DNA of 64,000 bases from an uncultured Bacteroidota bacterium (GCA_902800395.1 CADCEC010000009.1:10488-74487), one strand, 5' to 3'. Shown: positions 8,027 to 16,828, counted from the first letter of the stretch. A program made the numbers and translations. The notes: a model not told the origin generated them from the sequence alone.

Positions 8027-9526
8027 ATCACCGATCTCTATCCTGAACTCGGCCACATCATCGGCACGGAAGCCGACCGCATGGGTATCGACGCCTATTT
8101 CGTGGGCGGCGTTGTGCGCGACCATTTCCTCCAGCGCCCCTGCACCGATATCGACATCGTCTGCGTAAACAGAGCGGAAAGTGGAAAGTGGCACCCCGAA
8201 GGGGAACTGAACACCATGGAAAAGAAAAACAATGTAGTGAAGAAAGTGGAAAGCGGAGAAGTAAGCATCGGTATCGAACTGGCCCATGCCGCTGCTAAAG
8301 CCCTTGGCGGCAGCAAAGTCTCCGTCTTCAAAAACTTCGGCACCGCCTCCTTCCGTCATAACGACCTCGAGCTCGAATTCGTAGGAGCACGAAAAGAAAG
8401 CTACTCCCACAACTCCCGCAAGCCCATCGTAGAGAACGGCACCCTAGAGGATGACCAGCGGCGACGTGACTTCACCGTCAACGCGCTGGCAGTGTGTCTA
8501 AATGAGGAGCACTTCGGCGAACTCATGGACCCTTTCGGCGGCATCCAGGACCTCAACGCCGGTATCCTTCGCACACCCCTCGACCCCGACATCACCTTCA
8601 GCGACGACCCACTTCGCATGATGCGTGCCATCCGCTTCGCCTCGCAGCTGGGATTCCGCATCGCCGACGACACCTTCGAGGCTATCACCCGCAACGCCAA
8701 ACGTATCGAGATAGTCTCCATGGAACGAATCGCCGTGGAGCTCAACAAAATCATGCTCTCCCCCACTCCTTCCCTCGGCCTCAAACTCATGCAGAAATGT
8801 GGCCTCATGCAGCTTATCCTCCCCGAAATCTCCGCCCTCGCCGGAGTAGAAACCGTTGACGGACGAGGCCACAAAGACATCTTCTATCACACCATGCAAG
8901 TGCTTGACAACGTAGCCGCCTTTAGCGGCAACGTGTGGCTCCGTTGGGCCGCCCTACTGCACGATGTCGGCAAGCCTGGCGTGAAGCGCTACGACCCCAA
9001 GCAGGGCTGGACATTCCATGGCCACGAGGCCCGCGGTGCCCACATGGTGAAGCGTATCTTCAAGCGCCTGCGCCTGCCGTTGGGCGAAGAGATGCGCTAC
9101 GTCGAGAAACTCGTCATGCTCCACATGCGCCCCATCATCCTCGCCGAGGATGTCGTCACCGACAGCGCCGTGCGCCGCCTCCTCTTCGAGGCTGGCGACG
9201 ACATCGACGACCTCATGCTACTCTGCAACGCCGACATCACCACCCGCAACGAAGAGAAGCAGCGTCGCCATCGCGCCAACTTCGAGTTGGTGAAGCGCAA
9301 ACTCGTCGAACTCGAAGAGCGCGACCGCATCCGCAACTTCCAGCCTCCCGTCTCAGGACAGGACATCATGGACACTTTCGGCATCGGCCCTTGCCGCGAA
9401 ATAGGCACCATCAAGGACGCCATCAAGGACGCCATCCTCGATGGCCAAATCCCCAACGACCGTGCCGCTGCCTGGCAAATGATGCTCGACATCGCCGCCA
9501 CACTAGGTCTAAAAACCAAAGAATGA
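8024..9526 (+). CDS. CCA tRNA nucleotidyltransferase / poly(A) polymerase family protein with HD domain
   Basis: YFVGGVVRD...DIDIV nucleotidyltransferase head, RRDFTVNALA, and HD region LLHDVGKP. The only plausible start is TTG at 8024, because a TAA lies at 8009 in the same frame. Confidence 0.85.
   Translation: MITDLYPELGHIIGTEADRMGIDAYFVGGVVRDHFLQRPCTDIDIVCVNRAESGKWHPEGELNTMEKKNNVVKKVESGEVSIGIELAHAAAKALGGSKVSVFKNFGTASFRHNDLELEFVGARKESYSHNSRKPIVENGTLEDDQRRRDFTVNALAVCLNEEHFGELMDPFGGIQDLNAGILRTPLDPDITFSDDPLRMMRAIRFASQLGFRIADDTFEAITRNAKRIEIVSMERIAVELNKIMLSPTPSLGLKLMQKCGLMQLILPEISALAGVETVDGRGHKDIFYHTMQVLDNVAAFSGNVWLRWAALLHDVGKPGVKRYDPKQGWTFHGHEARGAHMVKRIFKRLRLPLGEEMRYVEKLVMLHMRPIILAEDVVTDSAVRRLLFEAGDDIDDLMLLCNADITTRNEEKQRRHRANFELVKRKLVELEERDRIRNFQPPVSGQDIMDTFGIGPCREIGTIKDAIKDAILDGQIPNDRAAAWQMMLDIAATLGLKTKE
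8174..8262 (+). repeat. Composite insert in the CCA enzyme gene, bounded by two (GGAAAGT)n copies
   Basis: gcggaaagtggaaagtgg (8174-8191) and gtgaagaaagtggaaagcggagaagt (8237-8262) flank 45 nt that contain a ccccgaagggg hairpin. Confidence 0.7.
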
Positions 9527-9557
9527 AAAAACTTTTGGCCATATCAATATTATTTCG

Positions 9558-9565
9558 TAATTTTG
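9558..9565 (+). promoter_or_regulatory. -7 promoter box TAATTTTG (crt-hbd)
   Basis: TAnnTTTG upstream of the ATG at 9618. Confidence 0.5.
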
Positions 9566-9570
9566 CAGTC

Positions 9571-9612
9571 TCAACTCAATCAATAAAGCATTCAAACAAT
9601 CAAGCAATAAAC
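9571..9612. repeat. Degenerate CAATCAAGCAATAA-type repeat upstream of crt
   Basis: tcaactcaatcaataaagcattcaaacaatcaagcaataaac. It shares aatcaagcaataa with the asd insert. Confidence 0.6.
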
Positions 9613-9617
9613 AGACT

Positions 9618-10394
9618 ATGTACGAACACCTGAAAATAGAAGAGCACGGCAACATCGCCATTTTAACCATCTCTGCGCCGAAGAGCCTCAATGCGCTCAA
9701 CACCACCATCCTCAACGAGATAGACGAGTATCTCGACGAATTCGAGGGTGGCAACTACCGCTGCCTCATCATCACCGGCGACGGCGAGAAGAGCTTCGTG
9801 GCAGGTGCCGACATCAGCGAGATGGCCACCCTCGGTCCACAGCAAGGAGAGACCTTCGGCCATAAAGGCGCCGAGGTGTTCCGCCGCATCGAGACCCTCC
9901 CCTGCCCCGTCATCGCTGCCGTCAACGGCTTCGCCCTCGGCGGCGGCTGCGAGCTCGCCATGGCCTGCGATATCCGCCTCTGCTCCGACAACGCCCGTTT
10001 CGGACAACCCGAAGTAGGCCTCGGCATCATCCCCGGCTTCAGCGGCACCGTGCGTCTGGCACGCCTCGTGGGCATGGGTATGGCCAAGCAACTCATCTAC
10101 ACCGGCAAGCCCATCAAGGCCGACGAAGCCCTCCGCATCGGCCTCGTCAATGAAGTGCTTCCCCAAGCCGAGTTGATGAACCGCGCCCTCGAACTGGCCG
10201 GCCAGATTGCCGCCAACGCCCCTCTGGCTGTCAGTGCCGCCAAACTCTGCATCAACACCGAGTTCGACATGGAAGCCGAGGATGCCATCGCCTTCGAAAA
10301 CCGAGCCTTCGGCCTCTGCTTCAACACCGAGGACCAGAAGAACGGCATGAAAGCCTTCCTCGAGAAAGGTAAATGTGAATTCCAAGGAAAGTAA
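9618..10394 (+). CDS. crt: Enoyl-CoA hydratase (crotonase family)
   Basis: Crotonase fold motifs FVAGADI and [21 protein letters not shown]. Adjacent to hbd. Confidence 0.85.
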   Translation: MYEHLKIEEHGNIAILTISAPKSLNALNTTILNEIDEYLDEFEGGNYRCLIITGDGEKSFVAGADISEMATLGPQQGETFGHKGAEVFRRIETLPCPVIAAVNGFALGGGCELAMACDIRLCSDNARFGQPEVGLGIIPGFSGTVRLARLVGMGMAKQLIYTGKPIKADEALRIGLVNEVLPQAELMNRALELAGQIAANAPLAVSAAKLCINTEFDMEAEDAIAFENRAFGLCFNTEDQKNGMKAFLEKGKCEFQGK

Positions 10395-10422
10395 TCGTTT
10401 AACAATTAAAATAATAATCATC

Positions 10423-11259
10423 ATGAAAATCTGTGTTATTGGAACCGGCACCATGGCCAAAGGTATTGTCAAAGCCTTCGCCGCCCAGATGCCCGTCGTC
10501 ATGAAAAGCCGCACTCAGGCCAGCCTCGACAAGGCCATGGCCTCCATCGCCAAAGGCTACGGTAAACTCGTTGAGAAAGGCAAGATGACCCAGGATCAGG
10601 TCGACGCCCTCCTCAAGAACATTGCCACCACCACCGACTACGCCACCTTCGCCGATGCCGACCTCGTCATCGAGGCTGCCGTCGAGGAAATGCAGCTTAA
10701 GAAGGATGTCTTCACCGAGCTCGACGGTATCTGCAAGCCCGAGACCATCTTCGCCACCAACAGCAGCTCGCTGAGTATCACCGAGATTGCTGCCTGCACC
10801 AAGCGTCCCGCCCAGTTCATCGGCATGCACTTCTTCAACCCCGCCGACCGCATGGCTCTCGTCGAAGTCATCCGCGGCCAGCTCACCAGCGACGCCGTCT
10901 GCAAGTGCGTCGTCGACTTGGCCACCCAGATTGGCAAACAGCCCGTCGAGGTGAAGGAAGCTCCCGGCTTCGTGGTGAACCGCATCCTCATCCCCATGAT
11001 TAACGAGGCTGTAGGCATTCTCGCCGACGGTATCGCCACCGCCGAAGACATCGATAAGTGCATGATGCTCGGCGCCAACCATCCCATGGGTCCTCTGGCC
11101 TTGGCCGACCTCATCGGCAACGATGTCAACCTGGCCATCATGGAGGTGCTCTACAAAGAGTTTGGCGATCCCAAGTATCGTCCTCACCCCCTGCTCCGCA
11201 AGATGGTCCGTGCCGGCCTCCTCGGCCGCAAGACCGGCGAAGGATTCTACAAATACTAA
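10423..11259 (+). CDS. hbd: 3-hydroxybutyryl-CoA dehydrogenase
   Basis: [15 protein letters not shown] Rossmann motif and the [15 protein letters not shown] signature. I prefer the ATG at 10423 to the longer track ORF. Confidence 0.85.
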   Translation: MKICVIGTGTMAKGIVKAFAAQMPVVMKSRTQASLDKAMASIAKGYGKLVEKGKMTQDQVDALLKNIATTTDYATFADADLVIEAAVEEMQLKKDVFTELDGICKPETIFATNSSSLSITEIAACTKRPAQFIGMHFFNPADRMALVEVIRGQLTSDAVCKCVVDLATQIGKQPVEVKEAPGFVVNRILIPMINEAVGILADGIATAEDIDKCMMLGANHPMGPLALADLIGNDVNLAIMEVLYKEFGDPKYRPHPLLRKMVRAGLLGRKTGEGFYKY

Positions 11260-11286
11260 TAGACAAACTGTCAAGTATCTATAACA

Positions 11287-11316
11287 GAGGGGTCAAGGTG
11301 TACACCTTGACCCCTC
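11287..11316. terminator. Perfect 30-nt palindrome between convergent hbd and miaA
   Basis: GAGGGGTCAAGGTG-TA-CACCTTGACCCCTC. Confidence 0.6.
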
Positions 11317-11357
11317 CTTCATATCTCTTATTCCAAAAAGAGGAAACAAAGAGGGGG

Positions 11358-11388
11358 GTAAGAGGGGAGTAAGAGTTGAGTAAGAGTT
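11358..11388. repeat. (GTAAGAG)n-like repeat in the hbd/miaA convergent spacer
   Basis: gtaagaggggagtaagagttgagtaagagtt. Confidence 0.65.
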
Positions 11389-11456
11389 ATAGACTACTAA
11401 GTACTATAAATCAACTTCTTACAGATGTAAGAAAAACGGGAGTTTTCGAGGGAAAA

Positions 11457-12287
11457 TCAAAAATGATAACGGCGGCACCACGTCATTTGCTTACGTGCAT
11501 AGTGCCAGGTATTTAGCTTTATTTCCGCCACGGCATCGGCTAGATTGCGGGTGCCGTCAAGGACAGGGAACAGTTCCCGATAACCGACGGTGCGAAGGGT
11601 GGAAAGTTCGCGATATGGGAGGAGCGTTTGCACCTCGTCGAGGAGGCCATCGGCCACCATCCTTTCGACACGAAGGTCGATGCGATGACGGAGTTCGTCG
11701 TGAGGTATCTGGATGACACGTACCTCGATATCGAAGGGACGCTCGACGGGTTTGTTTTCTGCAATCACCTGACTATAAGGGCGACCGGTCATATAGCACA
11801 CTTCCAGGGCGCGCTGGAGTCGCACAGGGTTTCGGAGGTCGACCCGACGGTAGTAGTCGGGGTCAAGCATCTGAAGCTGAGCACGTTTCTCTTCGAGGGG
11901 CATCTGCTGGAGGCGCGCACGAAGCTCGGGCGTGGGGTCGGGCATGGAGGTAACTCCCTGACGCAGAGCGTCGACATAAAGGCCGCTGCCCCCAACGGCA
12001 ATTACGGTGTCTTGTCCTTTGGCGAAGATCCGATTGACAACCGCCATAGCGTCGCGCTCGTAGTCAGAAATATTATAGGGCTCTGTGACAGAGCGACAAG
12101 CGATGAAATGGTGCGTAGCGGCAGTAAGTTCCTCGTCGGAAGGTCGTGCCACCCCAATTCGCATCTCGCGATAGAACTGGCGGGAATCGCAAGAGAGAAT
12201 CTCCGTCCCCATTTCACGGGCCAGCCGGATTGCCTCGGCGGTCTTGCCGGAGGCAGTGGGGCCTGTGATGATCAGGAGTTTTTTCAT
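11457..12287 (-). CDS. miaA: tRNA dimethylallyltransferase
   Basis: P-loop ITGPTASGKT, SCDSRQFYREM.IGVARP, and NTWHYARKQMTW. Confidence 0.9.
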   Translation of the reverse strand: MKKLLIITGPTASGKTAEAIRLAREMGTEILSCDSRQFYREMRIGVARPSDEELTAATHHFIACRSVTEPYNISDYERDAMAVVNRIFAKGQDTVIAVGGSGLYVDALRQGVTSMPDPTPELRARLQQMPLEEKRAQLQMLDPDYYRRVDLRNPVRLQRALEVCYMTGRPYSQVIAENKPVERPFDIEVRVIQIPHDELRHRIDLRVERMVADGLLDEVQTLLPYRELSTLRTVGYRELFPVLDGTRNLADAVAEIKLNTWHYARKQMTWCRRYHF

Positions 12288-13552
12288 TGTTTATTCTTCA
12301 GCACCAAGTCGAACTGGTCCCAGAATTCGGGGAAGGATTTGTCGACCACCTCGGGATTCTCGATGACAATGTCGGGATAACGGAGCTTAAGGGGCGCAAA
12401 AGCCATCGCGATACGATGGTCGTTGTAGGTCTGAACGGGTTCCATGGGACGGAGGTCGGAAGGGATGATGACCATCTCCTCGTCCGTACAGTTGACTTTG
12501 CATCCCATGCGACGGAGTTCGGTGGAGATAGCCTGCATGCGGTCACTCTCCTTGAGGGCTATATTGCTGACTCCCTTGAGGGTAGCTTTGACCTTGGCCG
12601 CTGCGGCGGCCACCGCGAAGGTGGGCACAAGGTCGGGGCAGTCGATACAGTTGAACTGTATGCTTCTGGGGCAGTCGCCACCGCCTTGGAGGGTGATGGA
12701 GCGTCCGGTGGAACGATAGGGAGAACGCACCTCGGTGGAGGTGACACCGAGGAGGCGGAAGAAAGTGTCGGTGGCGCTGTCGCCCTGGCAGGAGTCGAGT
12801 TGCAGACCCAGGAGGCGGATGCGGAGGTCGGGGCGCAGAAGGGCCATGGTGTAAAAATAGGAAGCCGACGACCAGTCGCGCTCAATGGCCACAGCCGCGG
12901 ACTTGGGCCTGGAAGTCATGTGCTGCACATAGTAGGTGCGTCCGTTGGAGGAACGTCGCACCTCGATGCCAGCCTGACGGAGAATCTCGCAGGTCATCTC
13001 GATATAGGGGCGCGACGTGGGACGCTGTGTCATGGTGAGTGAGATGCCATCAGGCATGCGGGGAGCTATGAGCAGCAACGAGCTGACAAACTGACTGCTG
13101 AGGAGCGGGTCGACAGAGACGGTGCGGCGTGTGGGTACACCTCCTTGTATCTGAACAGGGAGGAAGCCCTCTTTTTCAGTGCAATCCACTCGCAGGCCCA
13201 TCTGGCGGAGTGCCTCAATGAGCGGAGCCATAGGACGCTGGCAGAGACGGTCGTCGCCAGTGAGGATATGATAGCCGGGAGTGATGGCCAACAACGGCAT
13301 AAGGAAGCGGGCTACGGAACCGGCGTTATTGCAGTAGTAAACATGGGAAGAACTGTCACTTTCTATCTGCGTAAGCAAACGGCGGAGCAGTCGGGTGTCG
13401 CCGGAGGTGGAGGGTTTGGTGATGCGGAAGCCTCCTCCACGGGAGTGATTGTCGGACTGTCCCATTCCATGCAGGAGATGGTTAATCATCAGCCATCGAT
13501 TGCTCATGCTTTTGGAGGCGGGCAGGGAGATACGTATGTCGTTAGTCTTCAT
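12284..13552 (-). CDS. aroA: 3-phosphoshikimate 1-carboxyvinyltransferase (EPSP synthase)
   Basis: LPASKSMSNRWL motif, DHRIAMAFA, and typical length from the ATG at 13552. The longer track ORF start at 13681 lies inside the upstream gene. Confidence 0.85.
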   Translation of the reverse strand: MKTNDIRISLPASKSMSNRWLMINHLLHGMGQSDNHSRGGGFRITKPSTSGDTRLLRRLLTQIESDSSSHVYYCNNAGSVARFLMPLLAITPGYHILTGDDRLCQRPMAPLIEALRQMGLRVDCTEKEGFLPVQIQGGVPTRRTVSVDPLLSSQFVSSLLLIAPRMPDGISLTMTQRPTSRPYIEMTCEILRQAGIEVRRSSNGRTYYVQHMTSRPKSAAVAIERDWSSASYFYTMALLRPDLRIRLLGLQLDSCQGDSATDTFFRLLGVTSTEVRSPYRSTGRSITLQGGGDCPRSIQFNCIDCPDLVPTFAVAAAAAKVKATLKGVSNIALKESDRMQAISTELRRMGCKVNCTDEEMVIIPSDLRPMEPVQTYNDHRIAMAFAPLKLRYPDIVIENPEVVDKSFPEFWDQFDLVLKNKQ

Positions 13553-14756
13553 TGATATTATATTCCTTGAGTTTGCGATAGAGAGTGCGCTCGGAGATGT
13601 GGAGGTCGGCAGCAGCCTGCTTGCGGTTGCCCTGATTGTGCTCGAGGGCGCGGATAATGGCGCGACGCTCTCGGTCCTCAAGTCTCAGGGACTCCTCTTC
13701 GATAATTTCGGGGGTCATGAACTCCTCATCGTTTTGAGCGGATAGTGGGTAGTGGGTAGTAGGTAGTGGATAGTTTGAGTTATTGTTGGCGTTGTTGGTT
13801 GTGAGCTGTGAGACCATATGGCGGAGTTCGTTGATTTCGCCACGCATCTCGTTAATCATCTGTCCCATGGAGAGGGCTTTGAGGAGCAACTCTCGGTCGG
13901 TAATCTGGCTTGCGGCCACCGGAGCAGGACTCTCGGGAACAAGAGCGGGCATGCGCTCGGCAGGGATGTAGGCCAGATAGTTCTGCAGGATGTCGGGAGT
14001 GATGCTGCGGGCGGTCTCGACGACGGCAATCTGCTCGGTGATATTCTTGAGTTCGCGCACGTTTCCATACCAGGGATAATTCATCAGCATGGTACGGGCA
14101 TCCTCGGTGAGGACGATGGGCGGCATGTGGTATTTCTCGGCCACATCGGAGGAGAACTTGCGGAACAGCAGCGGGATGTCCTCCTTGCGCTCACGCAGAG
14201 GTGGGATATAGATGGAGAGTTGGTTGAGACGGTAGTAGAGGTCTTCGCGGAAGCGTCCTTCACGCACGGCTCGGACGATATCTACATTGGTAGCGGCGAC
14301 GACACGCACGTCTATCTTCTGCGGCGTGGAGGAGCCTACAGGAATTATCTCGCCGTTCTCGAGGACGCGTAGGAGCTTGACCTGCATAGCAAGAGGCAAC
14401 TCGCCAATCTCGTCGAGGAAGATGGTGCCGCCATCGGCCTCCTCAAAGTAGCCCTTGCGGGAGCGGTCGGCACCGGTGAAGGCACCCTTGACGTGACCGA
14501 AGAGCTCACTCTCGATGGTGCCCTCGGGGATGGCACCACAGTTAACGGAGATAAGGCCACGACCCTGTCGGACATGCTTGCGAGTGCTGTTCTCATGGAT
14601 GATGCGTGAGAAGACGTCCTTGCCCACGCCGCTCTCGCCGGTGATGAGGATGGAGAGGTCGGTGGGTGCCACCTGGATGGCCTTGTTGAGAGCCATGAGG
14701 AGTTTGGGATCGTTGCCGATGATGTCGTATCGTTGTTTGAGGGTTTGGATGTCCAT
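13542..14756 (-). CDS. Sigma-54-dependent transcriptional activator (AAA+ and Fis-type HTH, no receiver domain)
   Basis: Walker A GESGVGKD, GAFTGA loop, ESELFGH, and a C-terminal HTH (NQGNRKQAAADLHISERTLYRKL). Confidence 0.85.
   Translation of the reverse strand: MDIQTLKQRYDIIGNDPKLLMALNKAIQVAPTDLSILITGESGVGKDVFSRIIHENSTRKHVRQGRGLISVNCGAIPEGTIESELFGHVKGAFTGADRSRKGYFEEADGGTIFLDEIGELPLAMQVKLLRVLENGEIIPVGSSTPQKIDVRVVAATNVDIVRAVREGRFREDLYYRLNQLSIYIPPLRERKEDIPLLFRKFSSDVAEKYHMPPIVLTEDARTMLMNYPWYGNVRELKNITEQIAVVETARSITPDILQNYLAYIPAERMPALVPESPAPVAASQITDRELLLKALSMGQMINEMRGEINELRHMVSQLTTNNANNNSNYPLPTTHYPLSAQNDEEFMTPEIIEEESLRLEDRERRAIIRALEHNQGNRKQAAADLHISERTLYRKLKEYNINED
13740..13774. repeat. (GTGGGTA/GTAGGTA)n heptamer repeat, in frame in the sigma-54 activator linker (NYPLPTTHYPLS)
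   Basis: ggatagtgggtagtgggtagtaggtagtggatagt. TAG recurs every 7 nt on the plus strand, and the sense strand is stop-free. Confidence 0.8.
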
Positions 14757-14762
14757 TTTTTT

Positions 14763-16760
14763 CTAATTGATTACTCGGTGAAGGGCCAAGCCGATTTGGC
14801 GACGGAGGTCGACAAGGTGTTTCTTTTCGGCGAGGAGTTGGTCGATATCCTCGTTACTCTTGACCTCGCGGAAGCGACGGGCGTTGTCGGCGATGCGGTT
14901 GTCGACACATTTCATCTTGAAGGTCAGAAGGGTTTCAGTGAGGTCCTCCTGCAGATGGTCCTCGAGAGAGGGAACGAAGACCTGCTTCTGGCGCCAGGTG
15001 TCGCTGATGCGGTAGGTGTCGAGCATCAGGGAGATGGCGAAAGAGCGAAGGGCGTCGTCATCGTCGGTGATAAAACGTGAGGCATCGGGCTCTTCGCCAC
15101 GGGCGAGGGTGTCGCAATAGTAAAGATAGATACGCTGACATAGAGGATCGGAGAAAGAGAGGTCGTCGGCCTGGAGGTCGTTGACGACCAGTTCGGCAAG
15201 GGAGTAGGCGGCAAGTTGAGAGCCACCGTCGTCGGAAGGAACCTGAAGTTCGATGGAATTATGACCGTAATTGAGGAGGAGTTGGATGAGGTGGCGCTCG
15301 GAAGGGTCGATTGGAAGGTCGGAGGTCGGAGGTCGGAGGTCAGAGGTCGGAGTACTCTGAGTATTCGGAGTGCTCTGAGTACTCTGATCATTCTGATTAC
15401 TCTGATTATTCTGAGAGATTTGATTCAGGCGGTTCTGGTTGATGGCCTTGGAGAGTTCCGAGGCGAGGGCCTCTTCGGAAACGTCGAGGAGGTGGGCACA
15501 CTGGGCGATGTACTCTGTGCGTTCGATGAGGTCGGGCACCAGGGCGATGGTTGCCACGGTGTCCTTGACGAGCTCAGCCTTGCGGATGGGGTCGTTCTTG
15601 ACACCGTCGAGAAGCACACGGGTCTTGAAGATAAGGAAGTTGTCCTCATGGGTAGCGAGATACTCCTGCAGGGCTGTGGAGCCGTATTTCTGAGCGTAAC
15701 TGTCGGGGTCCTCGCCGTCGGGGAAGAGGACACAGCGGACGTGCATTCCCTCGGCAAAAAGGAGGTTGACGGCACGGAGAGCCGCCTTGATGCCGGCGGA
15801 GTCGCCGTCGTAAAGAACGGTGACGTTAGGGGTATAGCGCTTGATAAGGCGTATCTGTTCGGTAGTGAGGGAAGTGCCACAGGAGGCCACTGTGTTCTCC
15901 ACGCCCGACTGGTGCATGGAGATGACATCGACGTTGCCTTCGACGAGGTAGCACTTGTCGGCCTTGGAGATGGCGGAACGCGCCTGGAAGAGGCCGTAGA
16001 GGATGCGCGACTTGTTGTAGATATCAGAGTCGGGGGAGTTGACATATTTGGCAGCCTGCTTCTCGGAACTGAGGACACGGCCGGAGAAGCCGAGGACACG
16101 GCCCGAGATGCTATAGATAGGGAACATCACACGTCCACGGAAGCGGTCGTAGGCTCGTTTCTTATCTCCTGTCTCCTTGTCTCCTGACTCCTTGAAAATA
16201 GTCAGGCCTGTTTTTTCGAGGACGATGTCGCTGTAGCCGTTCTTTCGGGCGTGGTCGGTGAAGTTGGTCCACTCGTCGAGGCAGTAGCCGAGGCCGAAGC
16301 GCTTGATTATCTCATCGCTGAGGCCGCGGCCATGGAAATAGCTGAGGCCCACGGCACGCCCCATCTCATCGTTGTAGAGGAGGTCGGCGAAATACTGCTG
16401 GGCGAATTCGGAGAGGTGGAAGAGGGCATCGCGCTCGTTCTGTCGTTCTTTCTGTTCCTCGGTCTGTTCCTCCTCCTGGATCTCGATATTGTATTTCCGT
16501 GCCAGCCAGCGGAGGGCTTCGGGATAGGTGAAGTGTTCGTGTTTCTTAAGGAAGGAGACCACGTCGCCAGCCTCGCCGCAGCCGAAGCATTTGAAGATGC
16601 CTTTGGAGGGGGAGACATAGAAGGAGGGCGTCTTCTCGTTGTGGAAGGGGCAACAGCCTATGTGGTTGGCTCCGCGCTTCTTGAGCGAAACAAAGTCACC
16701 TATCACCTCCTCGATGCGGGCGGCGTCCATGATCCGTTGTATGGTCTCTTGGTCTATCAT
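14763..16760 (-). CDS. dnaG: DNA primase
   Basis: Zinc ribbon CCPFHNEKTPSF...CFGCG and TOPRIM region YLVEGNVDVISM...LYDGDSAG. I prefer the ATG at 16760 because the track start at 16775 overlaps the -7 promoter box. Confidence 0.9.
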   Translation of the reverse strand: MIDQETIQRIMDAARIEEVIGDFVSLKKRGANHIGCCPFHNEKTPSFYVSPSKGIFKCFGCGEAGDVVSFLKKHEHFTYPEALRWLARKYNIEIQEEEQTEEQKERQNERDALFHLSEFAQQYFADLLYNDEMGRAVGLSYFHGRGLSDEIIKRFGLGYCLDEWTNFTDHARKNGYSDIVLEKTGLTIFKESGDKETGDKKRAYDRFRGRVMFPIYSISGRVLGFSGRVLSSEKQAAKYVNSPDSDIYNKSRILYGLFQARSAISKADKCYLVEGNVDVISMHQSGVENTVASCGTSLTTEQIRLIKRYTPNVTVLYDGDSAGIKAALRAVNLLFAEGMHVRCVLFPDGEDPDSYAQKYGSTALQEYLATHEDNFLIFKTRVLLDGVKNDPIRKAELVKDTVATIALVPDLIERTEYIAQCAHLLDVSEEALASELSKAINQNRLNQISQNNQSNQNDQSTQSTPNTQSTPTSDLRPPTSDLPIDPSERHLIQLLLNYGHNSIELQVPSDDGGSQLAAYSLAELVVNDLQADDLSFSDPLCQRIYLYYCDTLARGEEPDASRFITDDDDALRSFAISLMLDTYRISDTWRQKQVFVPSLEDHLQEDLTETLLTFKMKCVDNRIADNARRFREVKSNEDIDQLLAEKKHLVDLRRQIGLALHRVIN
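15313..15430. repeat. (GGAGGTC)5 followed by about eight 9-nt (ACTCTGAGT/ATTCTGATT) units, in frame in the dnaG linker
   Basis: ggaaggtcggaggtcggaggtcggaggtcagaggtcgg, then agtactctgagtattcggagtgctctgagtactctgatcattctgattactctgattattctgagagatttgattcagg. Confidence 0.85.
16163..16193. repeat. (TCTCCTG)n-like repeat, in frame in dnaG (SGDKETGDKK)
   Basis: tatctcctgtctccttgtctcctgactcctt. Confidence 0.6.
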
Positions 16761-16772
16761 CGAAACAAATTG

Positions 16773-16780
16773 CAAAAATA
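16773..16780 (-). promoter_or_regulatory. -7 promoter box TATTTTTG (dnaG)
   Basis: The reverse complement of CAAAAATA matches TAnnTTTG, upstream of the ATG at 16760. Confidence 0.45.
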
Positions 16781-16828
16781 CGATTTTTTTTTCACATGAA
16801 TGCGGACAATTATTTTTTTTAGGAAAAG

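Noticed and set aside
8185-8200. A sigma-54-type -24 element (TGGCAC) inside the CCA enzyme insert, and other isolated TGGCAC hits (for example near 29815 and 53130).
   Set aside because: None is followed by a TTGC -12 element at the correct spacing, and all lie inside coding sequence.
8935-9633. A 232-aa Arg/Pro-rich ORF overlapping the 3' half of the CCA enzyme gene.
   Set aside because: It is an alternate frame of a well-supported gene. Its extreme R/P/H composition is typical of out-of-frame translation of GC-rich sequence.
11260-11456. Possible riboswitch or small RNA in the 197-nt hbd/miaA spacer. The other spacers longer than 150 nt were also considered (25302-25535, 30400-30555, 60988-61191).
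   Set aside because: The first spacer lies between convergent gene ends and is explained by a palindromic terminator plus a mini repeat. The others are divergent promoter regions. I could not recognise any conserved riboswitch, RNase P, tmRNA, SRP or 6S core motif by eye. A covariance-model search (Rfam/Infernal) would be needed to exclude them formally.
15313-15430. Possible CRISPR array or other spacer-containing repeat locus. This was also considered for 53851, 57631 and 44318.
   Set aside because: The units are only 7-14 nt, directly tandem with no unique spacers, and there are no cas genes in the window. They are reported as mini tandem repeats instead.
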